A stretch of 64,000 bases of DNA from Spirochaetia bacterium (GCA_965203055.1 OZ241863.1:2880001-2944000); one strand, 5' to 3'; positions 1-9,758 are shown, counted from the stretch's first letter. Notes: generated by a model not told the origin, from the sequence alone. Program-made: numbers and translations.

Positions 1-1977
1 GGGGGCGACGTCGTTGTAGTCCCAGAAGCTCAGCGCGATCACCTGGCCGCGGGGAAACAGGCGCCATACCTGCGGGGCGAAGATGCCGAAGTGGGTGCGC
101 GCGTCGGCGGCCGTCTCCGGGCCGGAGTGGCCGGCCAGGATGTTCAGCACGCCGAGGCGGAACGGACTGTCCTGGTTCTGCTGGCTCCACACCCGCGCCG
201 GCAGGTACATCAGCGGAGTGAAGGCGCCGTAGCTGCCGCTCAGCGCCCAGACGCCGTCGTGCACCTCGGGATCGGGGGAGGCGCTCTGGCTCACCAGGCC
301 GATGGCGGTCAAGGTGTTGCCGGCCTCCTGGATCGCGGCCTTGAAGCGGGTCCCGGCGGGGTTGGCCACGGGATCGTAGTGACCGGTCAGCGAGCCGCTC
401 TCGACGTTGATCGAACCGGAAAGGTCCGCCGCCACGGTGATGAAGCGATTGCCGGTGACGTAGTTGATCCACTTGACCACCTCGGAGATGGCGCGTCGGG
501 TGCCGGCGACCTCGCCCGGCTGCTTGAACAGGGTTACCTGCGCCTGCGAGCGCTCGCCGCTGGTGGGGTGGGTCAGCTCCAGGGTGCGCGGCTCCGCGGG
601 CAGCTCGGCAACGCGCAGCCGCGGGTCCCGGAACGGGTCGCCGCCGGCGCCGCCGCCGGCGCCGAGCCGCAACGGGAGCTCGGCGGGCACGGTGCCGGCA
701 ATGGCCAGCAACCGGTCGGCGAGCCAGGCGCCGAGGCCGTCCTGCTCCAGCACCGACATCACGACGTCGACGTTGGTCTTGAACTGGATCAGGCGCTCGC
801 GCGGGTCCTCCACCGCGCCGTCGCGAATGCCGGCGAAGGTCACCCCGAAGCGCTGTTCGAAGGTGCGCGCCAGGGCCACGAAGTAGGGCACGTTCATCTT
901 CATGTCGTAGGGGTGGCTGTGGTAGCTGACGAGCTGCTCCCCGAACCCCGCGATGGTGCCGTTGGCCGCCGCCGGCCACCAGCCTTTGGTAGTGCGCCCG
1001 ACCACGATCATCGGGCGCCGGTCGGCGGGGTCCCAGTGTTCCATGGCGTGCAGCGCGGCGAGGACCGCGGCGTAATTGTTGCCGTCCGCCAGTGAGAACA
1101 CGTTCCAGCCGTACGAGGCCCACTGCTCCTCGATGGCGTAGGCATCCAGCCCGGCGGGCACCACGCCGCCCTGCAGCCGGTCGTCGATGCCGGCGTTGTT
1201 GTACGACAGCAGGATGCGCAGGCGCTTGCCCACCTGCTGGGCGACCGCCTGGGTCTTGAGCTCCTGGGCATGGCCGGCGGTCATGGCGAATTCGCCCTCC
1301 AGGGCCATCACCTTCAGCGCCGGCGGGGCGCCGGCGAAGTCCCAGAACGCGGCCTTGCCGGCGGAGGTGCCGATGCCGATGCCGGAGGGGCCGCCGTTGA
1401 CGTCGTTGGTAAGGTCGGTGGTCTCGGAGTGGCCGGCGAGGGAGCGGATGCCGCGCAGGCGGGCCTGGGCGAAGCGCGGGTCGTCGGTCAGCCCGTGGTC
1501 GGCCAGCAGGGTGGCCAGCGCGCCGGCGCCGCGGCGGAAGCCGAGGCAGTCGATCGGCAGCAGGGCCACTGCGGGGTCTGCGTAATAACGGTCGTCTCCG
1601 GTGGCGGCGTGGCGCCGGGCGAGCGCTTCGCCCATGATCATCCACAGCGCGTAGGCGGTGGGGATGTTGTGGCCCCCGGCCAGCAGGAAGCGGTCGCCAT
1701 AGGGATGCTTGGGGCGCCGGTAGTCGTAGCGCAGGCCGCCGGCCTCGGGGCCGGCCAGGTGCAGGGCGACGTTGTAGGGGGTGTAGGCGAGGGGGCCCCC
1801 GAAGTGGCCGGTCTGGGCGTAGTTTCCCAGCAGGGTGAGCGTCATGGCGGTCATGAAGCCGACCTGCTCGAAGCGCTCCGCGTCGTAGGCCGGAATCGGC
1901 ACCTCGCGTTCGGCGGGTGCGTGCGGCGCCTCCCGCGGGCGAATTCCGACCGTCAGGGTTCCGTTCGATCCTGGCAT
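1..1977 (-). CDS. Transketolase-like ThDP-dependent enzyme (3' end runs off the window)
   Basis: Translated by hand; absent from the ORF track because no stop lies in the window. Reads MPGSNG...QTGHFGGPLAY...DRFLLAGGH...LAGHSE...NGGPSGIG...EGEF...YNN. AGGAG RBS before ATG at 1977. Confidence 0.8.
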   Translation of the reverse strand, partial: MPGSNGTLTVGIRPREAPHAPAEREVPIPAYDAERFEQVGFMTAMTLTLLGNYAQTGHFGGPLAYTPYNVALHLAGPEAGGLRYDYRRPKHPYGDRFLLAGGHNIPTAYALWMIMGEALARRHAATGDDRYYADPAVALLPIDCLGFRRGAGALATLLADHGLTDDPRFAQARLRGIRSLAGHSETTDLTNDVNGGPSGIGIGTSAGKAAFWDFAGAPPALKVMALEGEFAMTAGHAQELKTQAVAQQVGKRLRILLSYNNAGIDDRLQGGVVPAGLDAYAIEEQWASYGWNVFSLADGNNYAAVLAALHAMEHWDPADRRPMIVVGRTTKGWWPAAANGTIAGFGEQLVSYHSHPYDMKMNVPYFVALARTFEQRFGVTFAGIRDGAVEDPRERLIQFKTNVDVVMSVLEQDGLGAWLADRLLAIAGTVPAELPLRLGAGGGAGGDPFRDPRLRVAELPAEPRTLELTHPTSGERSQAQVTLFKQPGEVAGTRRAISEVVKWINYVTGNRFITVAADLSGSINVESGSLTGHYDPVANPAGTRFKAAIQEAGNTLTAIGLVSQSASPDPEVHDGVWALSGSYGAFTPLMYLPARVWSQQNQDSPFRLGVLNILAGHSGPETAADARTHFGIFAPQVWRLFPRGQVIALSFWDYNDVAP

Positions 1978-2145
1978 GGCTGCGTACTCCTGAACATGGT
2001 TCTTGCAGCAGCTCCCCGGTGCGGGGTGGGCCGTCCACCACGGTGAGCGCTGGAACGGGAACCGCAGACTGCGCCTGCACTATAGGAGCTTGGCGGGTTA
2101 CCGGCAAGGGGACCGCAGGAGGGATCGGCGTTCGGCCACTCGCTT

Positions 2146-3126
2146 TCAGGGCATCTGAGCGCCGGTGGTTTCCAGGTAGACGGCATACAGCGACTGGCTG
2201 GCCGCCATGAACAGGCGGTTCTTCCTGCGCCCGCCGAAGCAGAGGTTGGCGCACGGTTCCGGCAGCAGGATCTGACCGAGCAGCTCGCCCGCCGGGGAGA
2301 AGCAGTGCACCCCGTCGTAGCCGGCGCCGGCCCAGCCCGCGGCCGCCCACAGGTTGCCGCGCACGTCGCAGCGCACGCCGTCGGAACCGCCCGGCTGCAT
2401 GTCGGCGAACACCCGCTGCCCCAGCGCCCGCTCGCCCGCCACGTCATAGGCGTAGATCACGCGCGGGCAATCGGCGTGGTGGGAGGCTCCCGTTTCCACC
2501 ACGTAGAGGCGCCGGTAGTCGGGCGAGAAGCAGATGCCGTTGGGCATCACCACGTCGGCCACCGCCACCTCCGCCCGGCCGGTGTCCGGGTCGAGGCGGT
2601 ACACGCGGGCGGGCAGCTCGTGTTCGGCCCAATGTCCTTCGTACTGAAACAGCGTGCCGTAGCCGGGATCGGTGAACCAGATCGAGCCGTCCGGATGGGT
2701 GCACAGGTCATTGGGTCCGTTGAGCGGCTTGCCGGCGAAGCGGTCGAGCAGCACGCTGACGCTGCCGTCGTGCTCGGTGCGGGTGACGCGGCGCGAGTCG
2801 TGCTCGCAGGACAGCAGCCGGCCCTGGGCGTCGCGAAAGTTGCCGTTGGTATTGTTGGCGGGGCGGCGGAACTCGCTGACGGCGCCCTCGGCGGCGGCGA
2901 AGCGCAAGATCCGGTTGTTGGGAATGTCGCTGAACAACAGGCAGTCGTGATCGCCGAACCAGACCGGCCCTTCGGCCCAGCGGGCGCCGGTGTAGAGGCG
3001 CTCGACCGCGGTGTTGTTCAGCTTGAAGGCGGCGAAGCGCGGGTCATGCACTACAATCGCCGGGTCGGGATAGGGCCCCGGAGCGCTCCAGTCGCGCCCG
3101 GCAATGAGAGACTCGGTAGCGGCCAT
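2146..3126 (-). CDS. SMP-30/gluconolactonase/LRE family beta-propeller
   Basis: WAEGPVW, FSDIPNN, NGPND, PNGICFSPD and DGVRCD motifs. Start placed 7 nt after a TG-n-TATGCT -10 box; ORF track start is 3138. Confidence 0.9.
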   Translation of the reverse strand: MAATESLIAGRDWSAPGPYPDPAIVVHDPRFAAFKLNNTAVERLYTGARWAEGPVWFGDHDCLLFSDIPNNRILRFAAAEGAVSEFRRPANNTNGNFRDAQGRLLSCEHDSRRVTRTEHDGSVSVLLDRFAGKPLNGPNDLCTHPDGSIWFTDPGYGTLFQYEGHWAEHELPARVYRLDPDTGRAEVAVADVVMPNGICFSPDYRRLYVVETGASHHADCPRVIYAYDVAGERALGQRVFADMQPGGSDGVRCDVRGNLWAAAGWAGAGYDGVHCFSPAGELLGQILLPEPCANLCFGGRRKNRLFMAASQSLYAVYLETTGAQMP

Positions 3127-3165
3127 GGCCGAAAGCATAGCACACCCGCGCCGGCCGGCAGGCGG

Positions 3166-4755
3166 TTACATCCCCCACACCGTGATCGGGGCGCCGCCGG
3201 CGGCGGGCTCGCGGCGGAACAGCTTCTGCTCCCACGGCTTGTCCGCGCTGCGGTCGAAGATCACGAGGTGCCCTTCGCCGGCGCCGCAGCGGTCCAGGTA
3301 GGCGCGGGTCTGGGTAAGCCCTTCTTGGATGGTCCGCTCCAGGCTGCGGTGCAGCAGCTTGCACTCGATCACCATCCGGCGGGCGCGTCCGGGCGGCGCT
3401 GCGGCCGGCCAGACGATCAGCAGGTCGGTGCGCATCCTGCCCAGGCCGTACTCGCGTTCGATGCGCCCGCCGCTGTTGACGATGCGCTGCAGGAACGCCT
3501 GCAACAGCAACTGCGGGCCGGCTTCGCGGTACTGAAACCGCTCGATCCAGTGTTCGGAGTGTTCGCGAAAGAACTCCCGGAACGCGGCCAGCAAGTCGGT
3601 CAGCCGCAGGTTGCCCGCCGCGTCCACGTACCAGGCCGGGTCGTGAGTCAGCGTCTCCTGCGTGACCCAGGTGAGATCGCGCGGGATCACCTCGCGGTAG
3701 ATCGGGTTGGCGATGCGCACCGGCGCGTCTCGCGCCGCCAGGCCCAGGTCGCGCACGTACTGCAGGTCGTCCGGGCGCAGCTCGGTGGTAGCCTGTCCGC
3801 TCAGCAGCGGGGCGATCACCCGGTGCACGCGCTCTTCCTGCAGTTTGTCGGCAAGCTGGTCCAGGTGAGTGTCGCGGCGCAGGATGAGCTGCTCGCGCGC
3901 GGCGTGGATGGCGTCCGCGGTGAGCGGGCGGCTGCGGTCGCGGCCGGCGGGGTCGCCGTCGCACGCTTGGCGGGCCAAGGCGTTCACCAGCCACGGCTGG
4001 CCGGCGGTCAGCTCGCAGACCGTCTCCAGGGCGTCGTCGGTCCACGGCTGGCCGGTCTCCGCGGTGTGCTGGCCGAGCAAGGCGCGCACTTCGGTTGCCG
4101 AGAAGTCGCCCAACCGCAGCGACTCGGCCTTGATGTTGAAGGCGCTGCCGCCGGTGACGATGGCGTTCTCCTTGGCAGAACGGATGCGATAGTCGCGCAC
4201 GTCGCGCACCCCGCACAGGATCACGCTCTGCGGGAACCCCTCCGGCCGTTCGTCATACCGGGCGCGAAGCTGGCGCAGCACCGACAGCAGCGTGTCGCCG
4301 ACCAGCGCGTCGATTTCGTCGATCAGCAGCACCAGCGGCGTGGGATCCGCCTCCGCCCAGCGCGCGAGCACCTCCTGCAGCGCACCGTCGGGGCCGAAGG
4401 TGTCCAGTACGCCCGGCCAGATGCCGGCCAGCGATTCGTCGCCCAGGGCGGTGCGCGCCCGGCGCGCCAGTTCGCCGAGTATGGCGCGCATCGCCCGCTC
4501 CACGTTCTCACGCGACGCCTGGCCCGCTTCGACGTTTACGTAGACGCAACGCCAGGCGCCCTCGGCCCCGCCGTTCAGCAGGTCGCGCAGCGCCAGCAGG
4601 GCCGAAGTCTTGCCGGTCTGGCGCGGCGCGTGCAATACGAAGTAGCGCTTCTGCCGAATGAGGGTGAGCAGTTCGCGCTGATTCATCCGGCTCAACGGCG
4701 GAATGCAGTAGTTGTCCTCCGGCCGCATCGGCCCGGCGGTGTTGAAGAAACGCAT
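3166..4755 (-). CDS. AAA-like ATPase with C-terminal PD-(D/E)xK nuclease-like domain, paralogue 1
   Basis: MRFFNTAGP start, APRQTGKTS P-loop, LLIDEID Walker B, EREY..GR.D...VIECK C-terminus. Confidence 0.85.
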   Translation of the reverse strand: MRFFNTAGPMRPEDNYCIPPLSRMNQRELLTLIRQKRYFVLHAPRQTGKTSALLALRDLLNGGAEGAWRCVYVNVEAGQASRENVERAMRAILGELARRARTALGDESLAGIWPGVLDTFGPDGALQEVLARWAEADPTPLVLLIDEIDALVGDTLLSVLRQLRARYDERPEGFPQSVILCGVRDVRDYRIRSAKENAIVTGGSAFNIKAESLRLGDFSATEVRALLGQHTAETGQPWTDDALETVCELTAGQPWLVNALARQACDGDPAGRDRSRPLTADAIHAAREQLILRRDTHLDQLADKLQEERVHRVIAPLLSGQATTELRPDDLQYVRDLGLAARDAPVRIANPIYREVIPRDLTWVTQETLTHDPAWYVDAAGNLRLTDLLAAFREFFREHSEHWIERFQYREAGPQLLLQAFLQRIVNSGGRIEREYGLGRMRTDLLIVWPAAAPPGRARRMVIECKLLHRSLERTIQEGLTQTRAYLDRCGAGEGHLVIFDRSADKPWEQKLFRREPAAGGAPITVWGM

Positions 4756-4806
4756 CGTATCTTCAGTATCGCACACTCCGCGCCGCGCGCGGAATAACGG
4801 CATGAC

Positions 4807-4836
4807 TTGACACATCCTCCTGCGCGGTCTCATGCT
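4807..4836 (+). promoter_or_regulatory. Sigma70-type promoter for the 4859-7357 genes
   Basis: TTGACA-18 bp-CATGCT. Confidence 0.5.
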
Positions 4837-4858
4837 CTGCCAGTCGTTTGCTTGTGAG

Positions 4859-5284
4859 ATGAGACGCTCAGCGCAGAAACATGTACGTAAGCCGCTGACT
4901 CCCAAACAGCGGCAGGCATTGGCAGCTAATGCCCAATACACGGGTAGCGCAGAGCATAAGGATCGGCGCTGGTGGGGAGGATTGCCGAGGGGACGGCAAC
5001 TTCCCGGTGGAAGGGCAGGTCGAGCCGGCAAACAGAAGACGACCATCTGTCCACTGACAGGGGATCGTGATCGTGAACGGGCGACGGAGTGGGTCAGAGA
5101 GGCAATCAAGCAAGGGAACTACCGGTTCGTTCAGACCGACCAGAAGTTCCCCAAGAAGATATGGTACCGGGATGATTCCGGTCAATATTGGTTTGGATAC
5201 TGTACCAACACGGCTTCCGGAGAGTACAAAGGATGGCCGATAGACGAGAGTGAACACGATGAGATTTTCGGTCGAGTGGATTGA
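4859..5284 (+). CDS. Small basic hypothetical protein, putative toxin/RNase
   Basis: Lower-GC ORF downstream of the promoter; YTGSAEHK...FPKKIW...GEYKGWP; overlaps the next gene. Confidence 0.55.
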   Translation: MRRSAQKHVRKPLTPKQRQALAANAQYTGSAEHKDRRWWGGLPRGRQLPGGRAGRAGKQKTTICPLTGDRDRERATEWVREAIKQGNYRFVQTDQKFPKKIWYRDDSGQYWFGYCTNTASGEYKGWPIDESEHDEIFGRVD

Positions 5285-6692
5285 CGGTGGGATGAATCGC
5301 GCGGCGGAGGAGCGCGCGACGCTCTGCAAGCTCGGAATATACATCCAAGGCCAGAACGCCTGCCGTTTCATCGATTACGTTTCCAACGAAGAGACGGAAT
5401 CTCTTGTCGTTCCCGCGGTTCACCTTGCCGAAGGGCTCGCGACCGACTGGTGGATCATATTTGGTGGCCGCGACCGCGATCACGGAATACGACGTTATCG
5501 AACCGGATTCGCACTACCCGATTTGCGTTTCAGGAACGATGGCTCGACGTTCGAGGTGACGGGCAAGGACTTCCACAGTGATAATCCGCACCTTGATTTT
5601 CGGTCCGACGGGGCGGAGACGCTGCCGCGCAGCGCAGCGGAATCAGAACTGTCTCGCTTCATACAGGAAGTGGTAGACCGACTCGCCGGCGAGGGGGTCA
5701 GGAATAGCGAAGTTGCCGTGTGTTGGTCTCGCGTCGGGGAGTCGCGCAACGATCCGGACGAACAGCCGTTCTGCGAAGCGGCCGGCGCGTTGGGGTTGGA
5801 CCCGTATGCGATTTCGGACGATGACGCATGCTTCATCGAACAGGCCAATGACATCTTCTCGGAAGAGTCGCTGATCGAGTTTCTGGCGGGTATCAGGAAG
5901 GCGGAACGGTCAGCATCAGTCCTGGAGCGTGTGCGCCAGATGGAATCGCGACCGGCGGAGGCGGTGAGATTGCCGGAACTTGGCGATGTCGCTATCCAAG
6001 TCGAAGGCTTGACGGGACATGCACAGGTTGATAGGCCGTGGACAGCGGGGTACCGCGCGGCCCGGGCCTGCCGCCAGGCATTGAATCTCCGATCGGACTA
6101 CCGGTTTCCATCCTATATGACACTTGCAAGGAAGCTGGGAGCCGCGCAGTTCGAGCCCGCCCAACTCTTCGACGGCGTTCGGGCTCTGGTGTCCTGCCCT
6201 GACGGAGACATCAGGGTCCATCTTCACGATCATGGTCGAGACCGCAGGCCGGCGGATATCGCCGAGTGGTCGAACAACTTCGCATTCGCGCGGGCGGTCG
6301 GTGATGCGGTGTGCTTTCGCAATACGCCGCGGTCGGTGGTAAACGACCTTCACCGCGCAGAACGCCAAGCCACCGGGCGGGCTTTTGCTGCAGAATTTCT
6401 TGCGCCCGTCGAGAGCGTTGTCGAGATGCTGGATGATGACCGCGGAGAAAAGGAAATCGCAGATGAATTCAGCGTGTCATCGTCCGTGATCAAAAATCAG
6501 ATTCGCAATCGGGCCAACATCGAAGCCTACGGCAAGCTGCGAGCGGCTCGACCGGATGACGCGATTACGGCCGCGGAACTGCTGAGTCGGTTCGAACGCG
6601 GTCCGGCGCCGTTTACCGCCGCCGAACTCAAAGCAATCGATCGTTCCAAGGCGGAGCAACGGGCGCCGGAAGACAAGTGGAACGATCGCTGA
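5259..6692 (+). CDS. ImmA/IrrE (DUF955)-like protein with degenerate HExxH and C-terminal HTH; tail resembles a fused antitoxin fragment
   Basis: FAFARAVGD where HELGH is expected; ERQATGRAFAAEFLAP; EIADEFSVSSSVI HTH. Alternative GTG start at 5250. Confidence 0.65.
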   Translation: MRFSVEWIDGGMNRAAEERATLCKLGIYIQGQNACRFIDYVSNEETESLVVPAVHLAEGLATDWWIIFGGRDRDHGIRRYRTGFALPDLRFRNDGSTFEVTGKDFHSDNPHLDFRSDGAETLPRSAAESELSRFIQEVVDRLAGEGVRNSEVAVCWSRVGESRNDPDEQPFCEAAGALGLDPYAISDDDACFIEQANDIFSEESLIEFLAGIRKAERSASVLERVRQMESRPAEAVRLPELGDVAIQVEGLTGHAQVDRPWTAGYRAARACRQALNLRSDYRFPSYMTLARKLGAAQFEPAQLFDGVRALVSCPDGDIRVHLHDHGRDRRPADIAEWSNNFAFARAVGDAVCFRNTPRSVVNDLHRAERQATGRAFAAEFLAPVESVVEMLDDDRGEKEIADEFSVSSSVIKNQIRNRANIEAYGKLRAARPDDAITAAELLSRFERGPAPFTAAELKAIDRSKAEQRAPEDKWNDR

Positions 6693-7357
6693 TCCTCGAG
6701 ACCGCTACGCCGCTGCCGGATCACCTGTGGCGGTTCCCCTGCATGCGGCCCTGGATCGGCAGCCGGTATCGGGACGAGCGCCACAAGCGGCTGCTGGTGA
6801 TCGGCGAGAGCCACTATCTGCCGTCCGACTCCACCATCCACCGCGATCCCGGCCGCTGGTACCGGAGCCGGCAGGAGGAGCTGAGCGGCGAGGAAGTCAG
6901 ATGGGCGTCCACGGCCGGCAACATCACCGGACGATGGTACCGGGCGCACCGCATCTACCGCGCGATTCAGGACGAGATCGCTGGGATGCTGCGGGAGAGC
7001 GGAGTGACGCCGGACGAGTTTCCGCTCAACCACGTCGCGTACTGCAACTACTTCCTGCGGCCCGCGCCGGTGACCGGCGGCAGCATGGAAGGCAACGCCG
7101 TGCCGCAGGACTTTCAGGTGGCCGCGGCGGTGCTCCGCTGGTTCATCGGGCGCCACCGGCCTGAACTGGTGATCGCGACCTCCCGCTTCGCCGGCCGCTA
7201 CGCCGGCGAAGTCACCCGGGAGCACCATCTGCCGTGCGCCAGCACGCCGCATCCGGGTACCCGCTGGTGGAACGCGGTATCCCGCAGCTACGGCGACGTC
7301 AGGGGCCGCGACCTGTTCCGCAACTTTCTGAAAGAGCAGCGCTGGGCATTCCGGTGA
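6677..7357 (+). CDS. Uracil-DNA glycosylase superfamily protein
   Basis: PWIG..Y, LLVIGESHY, AYCNY, RPELVI and TPHP motifs. Confidence 0.6.
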   Translation: MERSLILETATPLPDHLWRFPCMRPWIGSRYRDERHKRLLVIGESHYLPSDSTIHRDPGRWYRSRQEELSGEEVRWASTAGNITGRWYRAHRIYRAIQDEIAGMLRESGVTPDEFPLNHVAYCNYFLRPAPVTGGSMEGNAVPQDFQVAAAVLRWFIGRHRPELVIATSRFAGRYAGEVTREHHLPCASTPHPGTRWWNAVSRSYGDVRGRDLFRNFLKEQRWAFR

Positions 7358-7368
7358 CGCGATGAAAC

Positions 7369-8958
7369 CTACATTCCCCACACCGTGATCGGCGCGCCGG
7401 CGTCGGCGGGCTCGCGGCGGAACAGCTTCTGCTCCCACGACTTGTCCTCGCTGCGGTCGAAGATCACCAAGTGCCCCTCGCCGGCGCCGCAGCGGTCCAG
7501 GTAGGCGCGGGTCTGGGCGAGCCCGTCGCGGATGGTCTGCTCCAGGCTGCGGTGCAGCAGCTTGCACTCGATCACCATCCGGCGGGTGCGGCCGGGCGGC
7601 GCCGCGGCCGGCCAGACGATCAGCAGGTCGGTGCGCATCCGGCCCAGGCCGTACTCGCGTTCGATGCGCCCGCCACTGTTGACGATGCGCTGCAGGAACG
7701 CCTGCAGCAGCAACTGCGGGCCGGCTTCCCGGTATTGAAAACGCTCGATCCAGTGTTCGGAGTGTTCGCGAAAGAACTCCCGGAACGCGGCCAGCAGCGC
7801 GGTGAGCCGCAGGTTGCCCGCCGCGTCCACGTACCAGGCCGGGTCGTGCGTGAAGGTCGCCTGCGTGGTCCAGGTGAGATCGCGCGGGATCACCTCGTGG
7901 TAGATCGGGTTGGCGATGCGGACCGGATCGTCCCGCGCCGCCAGGCCCAGGTCGCGCACGTACTGCAGGTCGTCAGGCCGCATCTCGGTGGTAGCCTGTC
8001 CGCTCAGCAGCGGGGCGATCACCCGGTGCACGCGCTCTTCCTGCAGCTTGTCGGCAAGCTGGTCCAGGTGGGTGTCGCGCCGCAGGATGAGCTGCTCGCG
8101 CGCGGCGTGGACGGCGTCCGCGGTGAGCGGGCGGCTGCGGTCGCGGCCGGCCTCGTCGCGTTCGCACGCTTGGCGAGCCAGGGCGTTCACCAGCCACGGC
8201 TGGCCGGCGGTCAGCTCGCAGACCGTCTCCAGGGCGTCGTCGGTCCACGGCTGGCCGGTCTCCGCGGTGTGCTGGCCGAGCAAGGCGCGCACTTCGGTTG
8301 CCGAGAAGTCGCCCAACCGCAGCGACTCGGCCTTGATGTTGAAGGCGCTGCCGCCGGTGACGACGGCGTTCTCCCTGGTCGAACGGATGCGGTAGTCGCG
8401 CACGTCGCGCACCCCGCACAGGATCACGCTCTGCGGGAACCCCTCCGGCCGTTCGTCGTAGCCGGCGCGAAGCTGGCGCAGCACCGACAGCAGCGTGTCG
8501 CCGACCAGCGCGTCGATTTCGTCGATCAGCAGCACCAGCGGCCTGGCGTCGGACTCGGCCCAGCGGGCCAGCAGCTCCTGCAGGGCGTCGTGCGGCCCGG
8601 CGGTTTCCAACACTTCCCGACGGATCGTTTCCGGAAAGCGGTCGTTCAGGGTCCGGCGTGCCCGGCGAGCGATTGCATTGAGGATCGCGCGCATTCCCGC
8701 GGCCACGTCGTCACCCGCCGCCTGGCCGGCCTCGACGTTGACGTAGACGCAACGGCAGTCGCCCGCGGCGCCGCCGTTCAGCAGGTCGCGCAGCGCCAGC
8801 AGGGCCGAGGTCTTGCCGGTCTGGCGCGGCGCGTGCAGCACGAAGTAGCGCTTCTGCCGAACGAGGGTGAGCAACTCGCCCTCATCGATGCGGCTCAGCG
8901 GCGGGATGCAGTAATGGTCCTCCGGCCGCATCGGACCGGCGGTGTTGAAGAACCGCAT
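7369..8958 (-). CDS. AAA-like ATPase with PD-(D/E)xK domain, paralogue 2
   Basis: Same length (1590 nt) as 3166-4755 and near-identical to it. Confidence 0.85.
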   Translation of the reverse strand: MRFFNTAGPMRPEDHYCIPPLSRIDEGELLTLVRQKRYFVLHAPRQTGKTSALLALRDLLNGGAAGDCRCVYVNVEAGQAAGDDVAAGMRAILNAIARRARRTLNDRFPETIRREVLETAGPHDALQELLARWAESDARPLVLLIDEIDALVGDTLLSVLRQLRAGYDERPEGFPQSVILCGVRDVRDYRIRSTRENAVVTGGSAFNIKAESLRLGDFSATEVRALLGQHTAETGQPWTDDALETVCELTAGQPWLVNALARQACERDEAGRDRSRPLTADAVHAAREQLILRRDTHLDQLADKLQEERVHRVIAPLLSGQATTEMRPDDLQYVRDLGLAARDDPVRIANPIYHEVIPRDLTWTTQATFTHDPAWYVDAAGNLRLTALLAAFREFFREHSEHWIERFQYREAGPQLLLQAFLQRIVNSGGRIEREYGLGRMRTDLLIVWPAAAPPGRTRRMVIECKLLHRSLEQTIRDGLAQTRAYLDRCGAGEGHLVIFDRSEDKSWEQKLFRREPADAGAPITVWGM

Positions 8959-8984
8959 CAGCCCAGTGGGCGGCAGCCGGCTGC

Positions 8985-9758
8985 TCAAACCCATCGCCGA
9001 TCCTGGTCCAGCACACGCTCGCCGTAATCTCCGAACCAGGACCGAATGGTGGTGAAGAATGGGGGCAGTGGACTGGCGCCGCCGAGGAGGAGCTCGCTAC
9101 GGGCCGCCGCCTCCATCACGTCAGGATCATTGATATGCTCCTGCCATTTCCGATCGAGGACATTCCAGCGCTTCTCACGCGCCCGCCGCAGACGCTCGAC
9201 GTTCAAGCCCAGGACCTCAATGGTCCGGGCTACCATGCAGGCGTCGAATCCGCGAAGGGCGCAGGCTTGTCCGTCGGCCTTGATCTTTCCTTCGCTAGTT
9301 ACCGTGGTGACCGAGGGCAGCGCGGGCAGCGTCCTGGGGTCGACCGGAATACTGGCTTCACCCTTCTTCTGCCCACAACTGAGATTGTGCTTCACCGGCG
9401 GTAGAAAGCGGTCGTCGTCGCCGGCGGCATCCGGACCGTAACGATTCTTCGCTGAGCCTCCGAGGCAACAGGCGATCATGTTGCCGGCGTTGAGAGCCTC
9501 CGTAGAGCCTTGGGCGGGATCGCTTCGCGGAATCACGTGCTCGACCTGCCGGTCCAATTCCTTGAGGTCGATTTCACAATAGCCGCAGAGCCCATGCTGG
9601 AGCCGGGCAATAGCATCGACGAGCTCGTGATGGGCCGAGACTCCTGAGTGGTTGCGGTGATCGCGGAATCCCTCCCAACTCGCTTCGCCGTCCGGACATT
9701 GGCGCAGGTAGGCGGCAAGACCCGAAGTGGGGTCGCATAACTTCCGGATGCGCTTCAC
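8985..9758 (-). CDS. HNH endonuclease (TIGR02646/PtuB-like)
   Basis: CGYCE, VEHVIP, NMIACC, CGQKKG, TIEVLGLN; 4-nt overlap with the ATPase gene. Confidence 0.8.
   Translation of the reverse strand: MKRIRKLCDPTSGLAAYLRQCPDGEASWEGFRDHRNHSGVSAHHELVDAIARLQHGLCGYCEIDLKELDRQVEHVIPRSDPAQGSTEALNAGNMIACCLGGSAKNRYGPDAAGDDDRFLPPVKHNLSCGQKKGEASIPVDPRTLPALPSVTTVTSEGKIKADGQACALRGFDACMVARTIEVLGLNVERLRRAREKRWNVLDRKWQEHINDPDVMEAAARSELLLGGASPLPPFFTTIRSWFGDYGERVLDQDRRWV

Noticed and set aside
2305..4797. Long antisense or alternate-frame ORFs (also 7471-9027, 14194-16269, 41897-44191, 52039-54954)
   Set aside because: Shadow ORFs of GC-rich genes; the overlapping frame carries the recognisable motifs.
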